From positions 53,630,001-53,694,000 of the forward strand of contig OZ024751.1 of NCBI GenBank assembly GCA_964016885.1: a stretch of 64,000 nt of DNA. The letters are read 5' to 3'. The position numbers were made by a program, and so were the translations under genes. The DNA comes from Eledone cirrhosa (taxonomy: Eukaryota). Shown here piece by piece: positions 41,727 to 55,861 of this stretch. Numbering within the stretch: the first letter of the stretch is position 1; every line of letters starts with the position of its first letter. The notes beneath the pieces are model-generated. The model ran no database searches. It saw nothing but the letters and a program-made list of their open reading frames with translations, and had not been told where the DNA came from.

Positions 41727-42912
41727 ATTGGCAGTATCGGTAGAGGGTTGGATGCCATGCTTTGATGCATAGAGTTACGGCCCTTGCCATTCTGAGTTCA
41801 AATCCCACCGAGGTTAACTTTGCCTTTCATCCTTACGGGGTCGATAAAATAAAGTACCAGTGATGCACTGGGTAATTGCTGGCCTTGTGCCTAAAGTAGA
41901 AACAATTATTATTATTATTAGGGCGGTGAATTGGCAGTATCGGTAGAGGGTCGGACGCCATGCTTTCCAGCGTAGTTACGTCCCTTTACGATCTGAGTTC
42001 AAATCCCGCCGAGGTTAACTTTGCCTTTCATCCTTACAGGGACGATAAAATAAAGTACCAGTAATGTACTGGGTAATTGCTGGCCTTGTGCCAAAAGTAG
42101 AAACAATTATTGGTGTTGGTTTGGCATTAGCAATATATGTAGTGTTGGACAACATGTTTTGGGGCATAGAATCATGGGCCTTTACATTCGGAGTTCAAAT
42201 CCCGTCAAGGTTAGGTTTGCCTTTCACTCTTACGAGGTCGATAAAATAAGTATCAGTCATGAACTGGGGTCAATTTAATCGACTTTCCTCTTCCACCAAA
42301 ATTGTTGGCCTTATGTCCAAAGTAGAATCAATGGTGGATTGGCAGTATCGGTAGAGTGTCAGACACCATGCTTTGCAGCATAGAGTTATGGCCCTTTTAA
42401 TTCTGAGTTCAAATCCTGCCAAGGTCAACTTTGCCTTTCTCCCTTGCGGGGGTCGATAAAATAAAGTATCTGTAATGTACTGGGGTAATTGCTGGCCTTA
42501 TGCCAAAAGTAGAAACAATTATTATCATTGGCAGTGTTGGTAGAGGGTCGGACGCCATGCTTTGCAGCAAAGAGTTACGGCCCTTTATGATCTGAGTTCA
42601 AATCCCGCTGAGGTTAACTTTGCCCTTCATCCTCACGGGGTCGATAAAATAAAGTACCAGTAATACACTGAGATAATTGCTGGCCTTGTGCCAAAAGTAG
42701 AAACAATTATTATCATTGGCAGTGTTGATAGAATCTCAGACAACATGTTTTGTGGCATGAAGTTACATTCAGAGTTCAAATCCTGCAGAGGTTAGCTTTG
42801 CTTTTCATTCTTACTGAGTCAATTAAATAAAGTACCAGTAATGCACTGAGGCCCTTTTACTCCCCTGCCCTTCAAATTGATGGCCTCGTGTTAAATGTAG
42901 AAACAATTATTA
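41727..42912 (+). mobile_element. Head-to-tail array of six MetaSINE-like copies
   Basis: Units start near 41727, 41920, 42117, 42333, 42527 and 42717. Each has the GAGTTCAAATCC B-box; most end in GTAGAAACAATTATT. Confidence 0.8.
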
Positions 42913-43304
42913 TTTTATTGTTAGATTTTTGTTTGGTGTAATGAATTTTGTGTTCTGCTTCACTTGGTTTTTCTGAATATATTCACTTATGATATTGTTC
43001 TTTATGTGGGGTTTGTGTAATTTTTGATAATCAGCAACAGGTATTCTAACAAACTAGTCGACCAAGGCATACAACAGTGCATTCAATAACACAGTGTAAT
43101 AAATATATCACTTATTAAAAATACACACACACACTTACACACAATGGCTAAGATTGTTATGATATACATAAATGATACATTTACACACAAGCTAAATAAC
43201 ATTTTTTTTTAAATGTGATGGCACCATTTGTAGGAATCGAATGATATATATATACATATATATATATTAAATTAGTATTGTTGCTCTGAAATAGAGATGT
43301 ATAT

Positions 43305-43555
43305 ATGAATGTACGTATAGTATATTTGATAATACACTGTATGTTTATTTTAAAATATTTTGAAGACTATTCGCTATGAATTTTAAAGCAGTGACTATGT
43401 TACATACTTAGTCTCGGCAAAAGCAAAGCTTTGTTTTTGCCGAGACTAAGTATGTGACGTAGTCACTGCTTTAAAATTCATAGCGAATAGTCTTCAAAAT
43501 ATTTTAAAATAAATGTACAGTGTATTACCAAATATACTATACATACATTCATATT
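43305..43555. repeat. Near-perfect palindrome centred at ~43429
   Basis: ...cttagtctcggcaaaagcaaag|ctttgtttttgccgagactaag... with arms >100 bp and no spacer. Confidence 0.85.
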
Positions 43556-43589
43556 TATATATGTGTGTGTGTGTGTGTGTGTGTTATAT

Positions 43590-43815
43590 TATCTATTTAT
43601 GGTCATACACAGAACAAAAGTGCTACCCAAGGTTTCACAGCCCAAATTTTATCATACTTCCAGAATACAAGAGGATCGAAGTAGTGACCTTTCTTCAGGT
43701 GCTTATACGAAAAAAGGTCACAAATTTGATGCCTCTTCTATACTGGAGGTATGGTCAAATTAGGGCCTTGAAACCTTGGGTAGCGCTTTTGTTCTGTGTA
43801 TGAACATAAATAAAT
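43590..43815. repeat. Diverged inverted repeat, ~100-bp arms
   Basis: catacacagaacaaaagtgctacccaaggtttca mirrors tgaaaccttgggtagcgcttttgttctgtgtatg. Confidence 0.8.
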
Positions 43816-44786
43816 ATTACTGTATATTTCTGCTCTCATCTCAACATGTTCAAATGCGGAATCCTTTTTGGTTCAGAAACTTTTGGGGAACCCAAAGAAA
43901 GTCTAATACTGTTATAAGGTCATAATATAAATATACTCCACTGCCCTTTTTTCATAGGACCCCAGGCACTCCTTTGTGGAACCCACTTTGGGAAGCACTG
44001 GTCTATGATTTTGCTGATGCAAATGCAATACCAACAATTAATTAAACATTGAAATAAGAACAGCTATATAATCTATATGTACATATATATATATACACAC
44101 ACACACATATATATATATCCACACATATATATATATATACTGTAAGGAGAGACGAACACAGATATAGCGCTATATGAGTTCAAATCATAAAACTTTTTCT
44201 CCTTGAGCTATTTTAATTATAGGGGACTTTTGTGAGTTTTTAACTCAATATATACTTTGGATATATATATATATGTGTTTTAACTCAATATATACTTTGG
44301 ATATATATGTTTGTTTACTTGTCTCGCTCGCTTTACGTGATATTACTTGTCCCAATAGCTTTATTTAGCTATTGCTCGCACCAACTGGAGGTATATGATT
44401 TTTAAAGTGATGAAATACCAATGAAGGTTGGAAAATCACTGATGAAGGACTATTTTTTTCATATGTAATCCATGTGCAACCACGCAGCACTCAATTTTTC
44501 TCATGTTTTATATATATATATATATATATTCAATATTATTAAGGCTAAAAAGTGAGTCTTGTTACTCTGGAGTTTCACCTGTTCATCACAGGGTACAATA
44601 CAATAGGAAAGAACATGATAATAGTATCACTGATGATGTTGCAGATGTGCAACGAAAGTATATTTATATCAGTATTTTTAACCGTTGGTCAATCAAAGAT
44701 AAATGTTGATTGCCAAATAAACAGTGAGTGTGTTCTGTTATTATTTCTCGCAATATTATTACAACAATATGACCCTCCCCAAGTAT

Positions 44787-44821
<35 letters not shown>

Positions 44822-44835
44822 GGATCAGGAAAAAA

Positions 44836-45262
44836 ATCACCGGGAGAGATGACTCCTTAGCCTTTGTCAAGGCAGAATTCTATGAGAAGGAAAACTCTGA
44901 TATAACACCTGCAACCCTGATGGTATCCAATGATGTTGACTTGTTCTTCTTTTTGGTAAATATCATCTTGGTTAAGAGAGTGGGACTGGCTTTGTGCAGT
45001 GCCTTTGCTCACTATAAAAGCTTCACGGCACAACCATTGCTTTATATCTGGAGATCTCTCTGCACTTGTCGTCACATGGTACCATGGGCCCAGCACTATG
45101 TGTCAGTAATTGTCACAAGTGTAGTGTTTGTACCTGCGTTTTCAAGTCGCTGGCTGGACTAAAAAGTCACACTCGTTCAGCGCATCGGTGGGGGTTCTCC
45201 TACATGGATATAAAGTAGTGGCAGTACTCGAAAACAAGTTGACAGCCACCATGTGTATGTAT
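44836..45262 (+). mobile_element. RTE-derived non-autonomous element with C2H2-like tail
   Basis: Closely similar to 58200-58624 (-) and 57575-57792 (-); ends in an ATGT repeat. Confidence 0.7.
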
Positions 45263-45552
45263 GACCATGTATATATATATATGTATATATGCTTGTGTGT
45301 GTATGTGTGTGTCTGTATGTGTGTGTCTGTGTATGTGTATGTGTGCATGTAACCTATGTTTCATTAATTGGATCTTCCTTTTACATTGTATTTTTTTTGT
45401 CATCTTTGCTTTCTAAATTTTTTATATTTTATATTTACTTTATCACACTTCTACTCCCTCCCTCTCTCTTCCGTCTCTCCCTCTCCCTCACTTCCGTCTC
45501 TCTCTCTCTCTCTCCCTCTCTCTCTTCCATCTCTCACCCCTCTCTCTCTTCC

Positions 45553-45591
<39 letters not shown>

Positions 45592-45999
45592 GTCTCTCTC
45601 CCTCTCTCCTTCTCTCTCTTCTGTCTCTCTCTTCTGTCCACTGGGACTCTAACGATACTTTCGCCTGGATTCCTCCACACCAGAGTATTCTCTCACAATG
45701 TCCAGGCTTAGATGGAGGTAACGATGGTATAGCTTGCTGATATTTATGCTTGTACACACACACACACACACACACAGAGTGACACACACAGTGACACACA
45801 CATACACACATTGAAGTACACAGACAGCAACACATACACACTCACATACACACACACACACAGAGGCACGCACACAGCAGCATAAACACATGCACACGCA
45901 CACACAACTAACTCTTTGGTCTTGCAGTACATATAGACCTCTTTTCTCCATCTTCTCTTTATCAACACCTCTCCCCTAGTCTCTCTCACTATTTATCTA

Positions 46000-48075
46000 T
46001 CTATCTATCTATGACTCTCTCTCTACCCCTCTCTCTCTCTATCTATATCTCTCCCTCTCTCTCCATCTCTCTCTCCCTATCTATGCCTCTCTATCTCCTT
46101 CTCTCTCTATCTATGTCTCTCAATCTCTCCATCTCTCTACCTACCCCCAACTCTCTCTATCTATGCCTCTCTATCTCCCTCTCTCTCTAGCTATGTCTCT
46201 CCATCTCTCTACCCCTATCTCTCTAGCTATGTCTCTCCATCTCTCTACCCACCCCTCTCTCTCTCTAGCTATGTCTCTCCATCTCTCTACCCCTCTCTCT
46301 CTAGCTATGTCTCTCCATCTCTCTACCCACCCCTCTCTCTCTAGCTATGTCTCTCCATCTCTCTACCACCTCTCTCTCTAGCTATGTCTCTCCATCTCTC
46401 TACCCACCCTTCTCTCTCTAGTTATGTCTCTCCATCTCTCTACCCACCCCTTTCTCTCTAGCTATGTCTCTCCATCTCTCTACCCCCCTCTCTCTCTAGC
46501 TATGTCTCTCCATCTCTCTACCCACCCCTCTCTCTCTAGCTATGTCTCTCCATCTCTCTACCCACCCCTCTCTCTCTAGCTATGTCTCTCCATCTCTCTA
46601 CCCCTCTCTCTCTAGCTATATCTCTCCCTCTCTCTACCCACCCCTCTCTCTCTAGCTATGTCTCTCCCTCTCTCTACCCACCCCTCTCTCTCTAGCTATG
46701 TCTCTCCATCTCTCTACCCACCCCTCTCTCTCTAATTATGTCTCTCCATCTCTCTACCCCTCTCTCTCTAGCTATGTCTCTCCATCTCTCTACCCCTCTC
46801 TCTCTAGCTATATCTCTCCATCTCTCTACCTACCCCCAACTCTCTCTATCTATGCCTCTCTATCTCCCTCTCTCTCTAGCTATGTCTCTCCATCTCTCTA
46901 CCCCTATCTCTCTAGCTATGTCTCTCCATCTCTCTACCCACCCCTCTCTCTCTCTAGCTATGTCTCTCCATCTCTCTACCCCTCCCTCTCTAGCTATGTC
47001 TCTCCATCTCTCTACCCACCCCTCTCTCTCTAGCTATGTCTCTCCATCTCTCTACCCCCTCTCTCTCTAGCTATGTCTCTCCCTCTCTCTACCCACCCCT
47101 CTCTCTCTAGCTATGTCTCTCCATCTCTCTACCCACCCCTCTCTCTCTAATTATGTCTCCATCTCTCTACCCCTCTCTCTCTAGCTATGTCTCTCCATCT
47201 CTCTACCCCTCTCTCTCTAGCTATGTCTCTCCATCTCTCTACCCACCCCTCTCTCTCTAGCTATGTCTCTCCATCTCTCTACCCCCTCTCTCTCTAGCTA
47301 TGTCTCTCCATCTCTCTACCCACCCTTCTCTCTCTAGTTATGTCTCTCCATCTCTCTACCCACCCCTTTCTCTCTAGCTATGTCTCTCCATCTCTCTACC
47401 CCCCTCTCTCTCTAGCTATGTCTCTCCATCTCTCTACCCACCCCTCTCTCTCTAGCTATGTCTCTCCATCTCTCTACCCACCCCTCTCTCTCTAGCTATG
47501 TCTCTCCATCTCTCTACCCCTCTCTCTCTAGCTATATCTCTCCCTCTCTCTACCCACCCCTCTCTCTCTAGCTATGTCTCTCCCTCTCTCTACCCACCCC
47601 TCTCTCTCTAGCTATGTCTCTCCATCTCTCTACCCACCCCTCTCTCTCTAGCTATGTCTCTCCCTCTCTCTACCCACCCCTCTCTCTCTAATTATGTCTC
47701 TCCATCTCTCTACCCCTCTCTCTCTAGCTATGTCTCTCCATCTCTCTACCCCTCTCTCTCTAGCTATATCTCTCCACCTCTCTACCCCCCTCTCTCTCTA
47801 TCTATGTCTCTCCATCTCTCTACCCACCCCTCTCTCTCTAGCTATGTCTCTCCCTCTCTCTACCCCTCTCTCTCTAGCTATATCTCTCCACCTCTCTACC
47901 CCCTCTCTCTAGCTATGTCTCTCCATCTCTCTACCCCCTCTCTCTCTAGCTATGTCTCTCCATCTCTCTACCCACCTCCCTCTCTCTAGCTATGTCTCTC
48001 CATCTCTCTACCCACCCCTCTCTCTCTAGCTATGTCTCTCCCTCTCTCTACCCACCCTCTCTCTGTAACTATGTC
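46000..48075. repeat. CT-rich ~35-39-bp minisatellite (ctagctatgtctctccatctctctacccacccctctctct)n
   Basis: About 50 tandem units visible. Confidence 0.95.
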
Positions 48076-48499
48076 TCTACATCAACTCACTCCAACTTTC
48101 CAATACTCTCAACTCTCACTTTTATCCCTTTTTCTCTTTCTTTTCTTATTTTACCCTTTCTAATTTCTGTGACATTTTTCATGCTTTCACACACACACAC
48201 ACATAGATATACACACACACAGATATACACACACACACACATACATACACACACACACATAGATACACACACACACATACATACACACACACATACATAC
48301 ACACACACACACAGGTCTACACACACACTTTTTCTTTCTCTCTCACACACTCACGCACACATACACACTCTCACGCACACACTTCGTCAAACACTCTCTC
48401 TCTCTCACACACACACACTTCGTCAAACACTTTCACGCACATATACACACACACACGCACACATACACTCACACACACACTTCGTCAAACACTCTCTCA

Positions 48500-48534
<35 letters not shown>

Positions 48535-49544
48535 CGTCAAACACACTCTCTCTCCCCATATATTTCCATATCTCTACCTCACATCAATGTGAGTGTGTCT
48601 GTGTGTCTGTTTCTCTATATATGCATATATGTGTTTGTGCATCTGTGTATGTGGAACTGCGTTTGGATATTTCTGTGGGTGTGACTGTGTATATGTATGT
48701 GTATGTATGTACGTGTGTGCGTGTGTATATGTAAGTATGTATATGTATGTATGTAAGTATGTATGTATGTGTGTGTGTAAGTATGTGTGTATATGTAAGT
48801 ATGTGTATGTATGTATGTGTATGTGTGTATATGTATTTGTGTATATGTAAGTATGTGTGTATATATAAGTATGTGTATGTGTGTGTATATAAGTATGTAT
48901 GTGTATGTATGTGTATATGTAAGTATGCGTATGTATGTGTGTATGCAAGTATGTATATGTAAGTGTGTGTGTATGTGTGTGTGTATATGTAAGTGGGTGT
49001 GTGTATGTATGTGTGTGAATATGTTATATGTCAATTTCAATGTCATTAACTCAGTATGGGTGTGTGTCAATGTATGTGTGTGTACATATGTGTGAGTTAA
49101 TCTGTGTTTATGTTTGTATGTATGTATGTATATATATATATGTATGTGTGAGTGTGTTTAACTGTGAGTTCTTGTATTTATGTATGTGTGAGTTTATCTG
49201 TGTTTATGTATGTAGGTACATATGTAAGAGTGTGCGTGTTGTTGTTGTTGTTGTCATTGCAGTTTGTTTAACCCCAAGCCAGCCCTGATCCAGTAGGTCT
49301 GTATTCAAGGAAGTTGTTTTATTTAACCCCAGGCCAGCCCTGATCCAGTAGGTCTGTATTCAAGGAAGCTGTTTTATTTAACCCCAGTCCATCTCAGTTC
49401 CAGCAGGTCTGTATTCAAGGATCTTGATTTTGTTTAACCCCAGGTCAGCCCTAATTCAACACACCTATTATGATGAAAGATTTTTTTTTTTATTAAACTC
49501 CAGACATATTGCATGACTTGATTATACAGCATATCTTGAATGTG

Positions 49545-49896
49545 CATGGCTGAGTGGTTAGAGCATTGGGCTAGCAATCGAAAGGTTGTGAGTTCAATTC
49601 TCGGACCGGATGATGTGTTGTTTCCTTGAGCAAGACACTTAATTTCACATTGCTCCAGTTTACTCAGCTGTGGAAGTTGATGTGTAGGCACCACAGAAAA
49701 AAACACCCAGCACTCACTGTAAATGAGGTTGGTGTTAGGAAGGGCATCCAGCTGTAGAAATCAAGCCAAAATCAGTTCCCGTATGAGCAAGACAAGTTCA
49801 GCCGACCGGACACTGCCCACAACAGGACAACCCGTATAACCCATGCTAGCGTGGAAGAACGGACTAAAACAGTGATGCTGATGATGATGATGATGA
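49545..49896 (+). mobile_element. tRNA-derived SINE with RTE-like tail
   Basis: TGGCTGAGTGGTTAGAGC A-box, GAGTTCAATTCTC B-box, CORE-like CCTTGAGCAAGACACTT and (ATG)n tail. Confidence 0.8.
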
Positions 49897-50587
49897 TCTT
49901 CCACTTCACTTTTTTAAAGGTAAGTTTAAATATGAAAAAGACTTGATGGTTATTTCTAACAGGTTGTGTCACCATGTTAGAAGTTCTACCCTTCCTGACT
50001 CCTATATCGACATACAGGGTAGGGAAATGAAAGATTAAAAGATACCCAGAGGGTGAGAACTAAAGTTTTACAGGTCTGTGTAACGTTGTGAAAGTGTTGA
50101 CTTCAGCCCCTCAGTAGGTGGTAATAGGCTCAGGTCAGATGTGAATTGTAAACACTCAAAGGTGGTAGACCCTATTACAAACAACTAATTATGTATTATA
50201 TATACATAAATATATATATACATACATACATACATATATATAATATGTATACCCATGTATATATCCATATATATATATATACATAAATATATATATATAC
50301 ATAAATATATATATATATATATATACATATAATATGTATACCCATATATATCCATATATATATACACATACATATATATAAATATATACATATACCTATA
50401 TATATATAAATATATATATACACATACATATATACATATACCTATATATATATATATATACCTATATATATATATATATATATATATAAATATATATGTA
50501 TACATATATACATATAGCCATATATATATATATAAATATATATATACACATACATATATATGAATATATCTATATATATCTATATAC

Positions 50588-50920
50588 ATGGCTTAGTGGT
50601 TAGAGCATTGGCCTTGCAATCGAAAGGTTGTGAGTTCAATTCTCAGACCGGGTGATGTGTTATTTCCCTGAGCAAGACACTTTATTTCACATTGCTCCAG
50701 TTTACTCAGCTGTAGAAATGAGATTGATAGGGACCCCAGTCCACTGTAAAGTGGACGTGTAGGTGCCACGGAAAAAAAAAAAGCAACCAGCACTCACTGT
50801 AAATGAGGTTGGTGTTAGGAAGGGCATCCAGCTGTAGAAATCATGCCAGAATCAGTTCCCGTCCCACCCTTGCAAGCAGGGAAAATCGGACGTAAAATGA
50901 AATGAAATGATGATGAAATG
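50588..50920 (+). mobile_element. tRNA-derived SINE with RTE-derived tail
   Basis: Same family as 1306-1615 and 62162-62492. Confidence 0.8.
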
Positions 50921-51492
50921 ATACATATATACATATACCCATATATACATATATAAATATATATTTATACATATATAAATATATATGTATACATATATGT
51001 ATACATATATGGGTATACATATATATGTATACATATATGGATATATGTATATACCCATATATAAATATATATTTATATAAGTATGTATGTAAGTGCCGTA
51101 CTAAGAGTGAGAAATGAAATTTCGTTTTCATTCTATTACAACTTATATTTATATATATATACATATATATAAATATATATATATGTATACATTTATACAT
51201 ACACCCATATATATATATATACTCATATTTACATACACATATATACATATATATACACACATATTTACATACACATATACACATATTTATACACACACTT
51301 ATATATATATACATATATATATACATATATATACATATATATACATATATATACATACATATATATACATATATATACATATATATATACATATATATAC
51401 ATATATACACACATACATATACATATATATATATACATATACATACATATATATACATATACATACATATATATATACATACATACATACAT

Positions 51493-51525
<33 letters not shown>

Positions 51526-52120
51526 TATATATGCATACATATACATACATATATATATATGCATATACATATATATATATATACATACATATATATATGC
51601 ATACATATACATACATATATATATACATACATAAATATATGTATACATATACATACATATATATATACATACATATAAATATATACATATACACATAAAT
51701 ATACATATATACATATATACATATATACAAATACATTCATATATAGATACATACATATATACACATACATAAATACATATACATACATATGTTCATACAT
51801 ATATATACACATTCATACATACATATACATATACATATATATATAAAGTTCGGATCTATATAAAATTTGAAACGACCGGAGCTCAGCCGTCGGAGTCCTG
51901 ACTCTTTTCCTATATATATATTGAAATATTCACTTCTGCGTTCACAGATTGACTTTGTTAGTTTCAGAAGATCCTGTTAAGGGTTAAAGCAGCGATTCTT
52001 TGCTTAAACTTTAATCTGTTATTTTAATAAATATATATATATATATATATATATGCAATGTATGTATTATATAACACTTGCCAGCAGGGAAAGCGGACAT
52101 TAAAATGACAATATGATATG

Positions 52121-52151
<31 letters not shown>

Positions 52152-52931
52152 AATATATATACACACATAAATAAGACTCTTACTGCTTCAGTCAGTTTAC
52201 TCCCCCTCAGCAAACCCCGTAAACCAAATGGCAACCTGTACCTATGACTCCTGTAGTCAATCTCCGAATTCTTCAAATGATACACGGACGACTTATTCTT
52301 CCAAACTCAGCTTACACAACCATAATAATAATAATAATTGTTTCTACTTTTGACACAAGGCCAGCAATTATCAAAGTACATTACTGGTACTTTATTTTAT
52401 CGAATCCGTAAGTTAACCTCGGCAGGATTTGAACTCAGATCGTAAAGGGATGAAAATATTGTGTACGGTGCTCAGGTGCACTACAACTCATCAAAAGTGT
52501 ATGTATAGTACATAGAGTAATGTACAAACGTCAGGAAAATGAACAGTGCATGAGTCATAATATACACATGTGTATATTATGGTGTAGTTTTGGCGAATTT
52601 CGGGAAGCATGAGGGTTTTAAAGGATGCAGTGTCTCGGCAGATAATAACTGACGCAGGCAGTTTGTTCCATGCTTCAGCAACTCTAAGCGTGAAAAAATG
52701 ATCTCAATAGCCTCCTAATGGGGAAGACAGACATTATCAAGCTATATATTTGTATATATATATATGTAGTTCAAGGAAAAAACAAACTGAGATACAAAAA
52801 ATCTTATTAGTTTCATGCTTTATATGGTAAAGGAGAAAGAAAGTTCAACATGTGAAACTTTAGTTCTTCTTCAGGAGTACAAAAATAGAGACAGGATCAC
52901 AAGAGGTAATATTTATGTGTGTGTGTGTGTG

Positions 52932-52985
<54 letters not shown>

Positions 52986-53432
52986 ATTTTCTATCGCTCC
53001 TAAAGCCCTATACAACTACTGCTTAACATGTGACAAATACATCAATATTATGAGCACTTTGATTCTGAAGATGGGGCTGAGAAGGCCTCGAAACTTTACT
53101 TACTACACATGGATCTAGAAACAAAAACTATTCAAAGCTAAACATAAATAACTGACAAGGAAGTACAAAAAAATTCTTAATATGATCAAACTGGAGCACA
53201 GTCGAGTTTTCAATAAAAAACATATACACATGCACACACACTCACACACATGTTCATATATTGTGCTTGAATATTTTTTTACAAGTAACAAAACAGATTT
53301 TTAAAATGTAGAACTGTGTGTGAGTTGCCCCACCTATCCACCCAGAAATTGAAGTCCCATGCCAAAATGCCCATAGACCAGTCAGGTCCACTCCACATGT
53401 CTGGCCAAAGTATAGACAAAGTTTGTCCTTAC

Positions 53433-53849
53433 CTCATGTGTTATCACATATCCATGACTTCTGGCTACCAGTTGAGCAACTTTTAATCCACCTGGAATAT
53501 AGACAGCCCATTCGTTAGTATAACCACATGATCTTTTTTTTACCCTTCTTCTTCTTCCTCTTTTTTTACTCTTTGATGTAGTTGTTGACTTTGTGCTGTT
53601 TAAAGTTACCCCTGTCCTACGGAAACTTACCCTTGCATCGAAAGTTGATGGCGAAAAAGAAGTTTTTACTGAAGTTGTTTTTGTTGTTTGTAGTGTTTTT
53701 TTGTTAGTTTTACTTATTTCATTTGGTGTTGTTGCTATTGTTGTTGCTTTTGTTGATGATGCTGTTGCAGTAGAAGTGACATAGAGCAGAGCCAACAGGA
53801 CAAAAATCCGAGCAGCCAGCAGCCAATAAACAGCACAGTCAAATCTCAT
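53433..53849 (-). CDS. First coding exon of a furin-like / neuroendocrine proprotein convertase (PCSK, peptidase S8): signal peptide, Thr-rich linker, start of pro-domain
   Basis: ATG at 53849 starts a hydrophobic leader (WLLAARIFVLLALLYVTSTATA). YTNEWAVYIPGGLKVAQLVARSHGY aligns with the furin pro-domain FTNTWAVRIPGGPAVANSVARKHGF. A phase-0 GAG|GTAAG donor at 53432 falls where I recall the intron lies in vertebrate furin. Downstream exons were not located. Confidence 0.8.
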
Positions 53850-54064
53850 ACTATGACACTTCAGTTCCCGTGAGGTCCTCACGTTCTACTCACTGAATGA
53901 AAATGTTCTGCTGTAGCAAACTACTGCATTCCTCTTTATCTTTTTTTTCTTTCACTATTTATTTATTTATTTATTTCCTTTTATTTTTTGTTATATATTT
54001 ATTTAATTTTTTCCCACCAACATCCATTCATATATTACTACTTCTGTTTTAAGTGTCACTAACT

Positions 54065-55020
54065 TTGTGACTGTTGTTGTGGCTGATGGTGTGGTAGTAG
54101 TTGTTGTTAATGTTGTGGTAGTGGTTGTTGTGGTTGATGGTGTGGTAGTGGTTGTTGTGGTTGATGGTGTGGTAGTGGTTGTTGTTAATGTTGTGGTTGT
54201 GGTTGTTATTGTTGTGGTAGTGGTTGTTGTTATTGTTGTGGTAGTGGTTGTTGTTAATGTTGTGGTAATGGTTGTTGTTATTGTTGTAGTGGTTGTTATT
54301 GTTGTGGTAGTGGTTGTTGTTATTGTTGTAGTGGTTGTTATTGTTGTAGTGGTTGTTATTGTTGTGGTAGTGGTTGTTGTTGTTGTGGTAGTGGTTTTAT
54401 TGTTGTGGTAGTGGTTGTTATTGTTGTAGTGGTTGTTATTGTTGTGGTAGTGGTTGTTATTGTTGTTGTTGTGGTGGTGGTGGTTATTGTGGTGGTGGTG
54501 GTGGTGTGGTGGTTATTGTGGTGGTGGTGGTGGTTATTGTGGTGGTGGTGGTGGTGGTGGTTATTGTGGTGGTAGTGGCGGCTATGTTTGAGATTCTGGA
54601 TATGAGTGGGTGTTGGTGTGTGTGTTGGTGTGATGGTGATGGTAGTGGTTGTAGTTTTTGTTGTTGTTGTCACTGATGGTGTTGGTGTAATGGTGACAAT
54701 GGTGGTTGCAGTTGTTGTTGTAGTTGTAGCTGTGGGTGTGGGTGTTGGTGTGATGGTGATGGTAGTGGTTGTAGTTGTTGTTGTCACTGATGGTGTTGGT
54801 GTAATGGTGACAATGGTGGTTGCAGTTGTTGTTGTTGTAGTTGTGGGTGTGTGTGTGTGATGGTAGTGGTTGTAGTAGTTATGGTAAAGGTGTGGGTGTT
54901 GGTTGAGGAGAAAAGCTGTAGTTGTTCTACTAACGGTAGTTGTTATTGTTGTTAAAGTAGTAAAGTAATGTTGATATTGATACAGGTTGCTGTTGTTGTT
55001 GTTGTTGTTGTTGTTGTTGT
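54065..55020. repeat. (GTT/GGT/GTA)n low-complexity array
   Basis: Directly visible. Confidence 0.9.
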
Positions 55021-55315
55021 CTTAGGCTTTACCTAGTATCTTTCTTTTGACTTCATTTAATTAAGTTTTTGCTAAATACACACACATACACACAGAAACT
55101 CACACACATACACACAAACTCACACACGTACACACAAACACACACACACATACATACAATCACAAACAGAGACACACATACATATAGATATATCTATGTA
55201 CATTAAATGATGATTCATATACATATATACACATACATGTATACATATATATATATACACATTCATATATACATATATATACATATATACATATATATAT
55301 ATACATATATATATA

Positions 55316-55347
<32 letters not shown>

Positions 55348-55583
55348 CATATATACATATATATATATATACATATATACATATATATATACATATACAT
55401 ATATACATATATATATAAATACTTATATACATATATATATATACATATATACATATATATATATACATACATATATACATATATATATATACATACTCAT
55501 GTATGTATATATATATATGTATATATGTATGTATATATATATATGTATATATGTATATATATATATGTATATATGTATTTATA

Positions 55584-55619
<36 letters not shown>

Positions 55620-55677
55620 CATACATATATACATATATATATATATACATATACACATATATATATATATACATATA

Positions 55678-55719
<42 letters not shown>

Positions 55720-55830
55720 CATACATATATACATATATATATACATATATACATATATATATAAATATACATACATATATACATATATATATATATACAT
55801 ACATATATACACATATATATATATACATAC

Positions 55831-55861
<31 letters not shown>

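Noticed and set aside
50588-50660. tRNA-like sequence (also 49545, 62420-62492, 38350)
   Set aside because: Continues directly into SINE body and tail, so these are SINE heads and not tRNA genes.
53850-53882. Upstream GTG-started extension of the convertase ORF, and read-through to 53382
   Set aside because: A eukaryotic start at ATG 53849 gives a proper signal peptide, and the sequence after the GTAAG donor at 53432 is intron.
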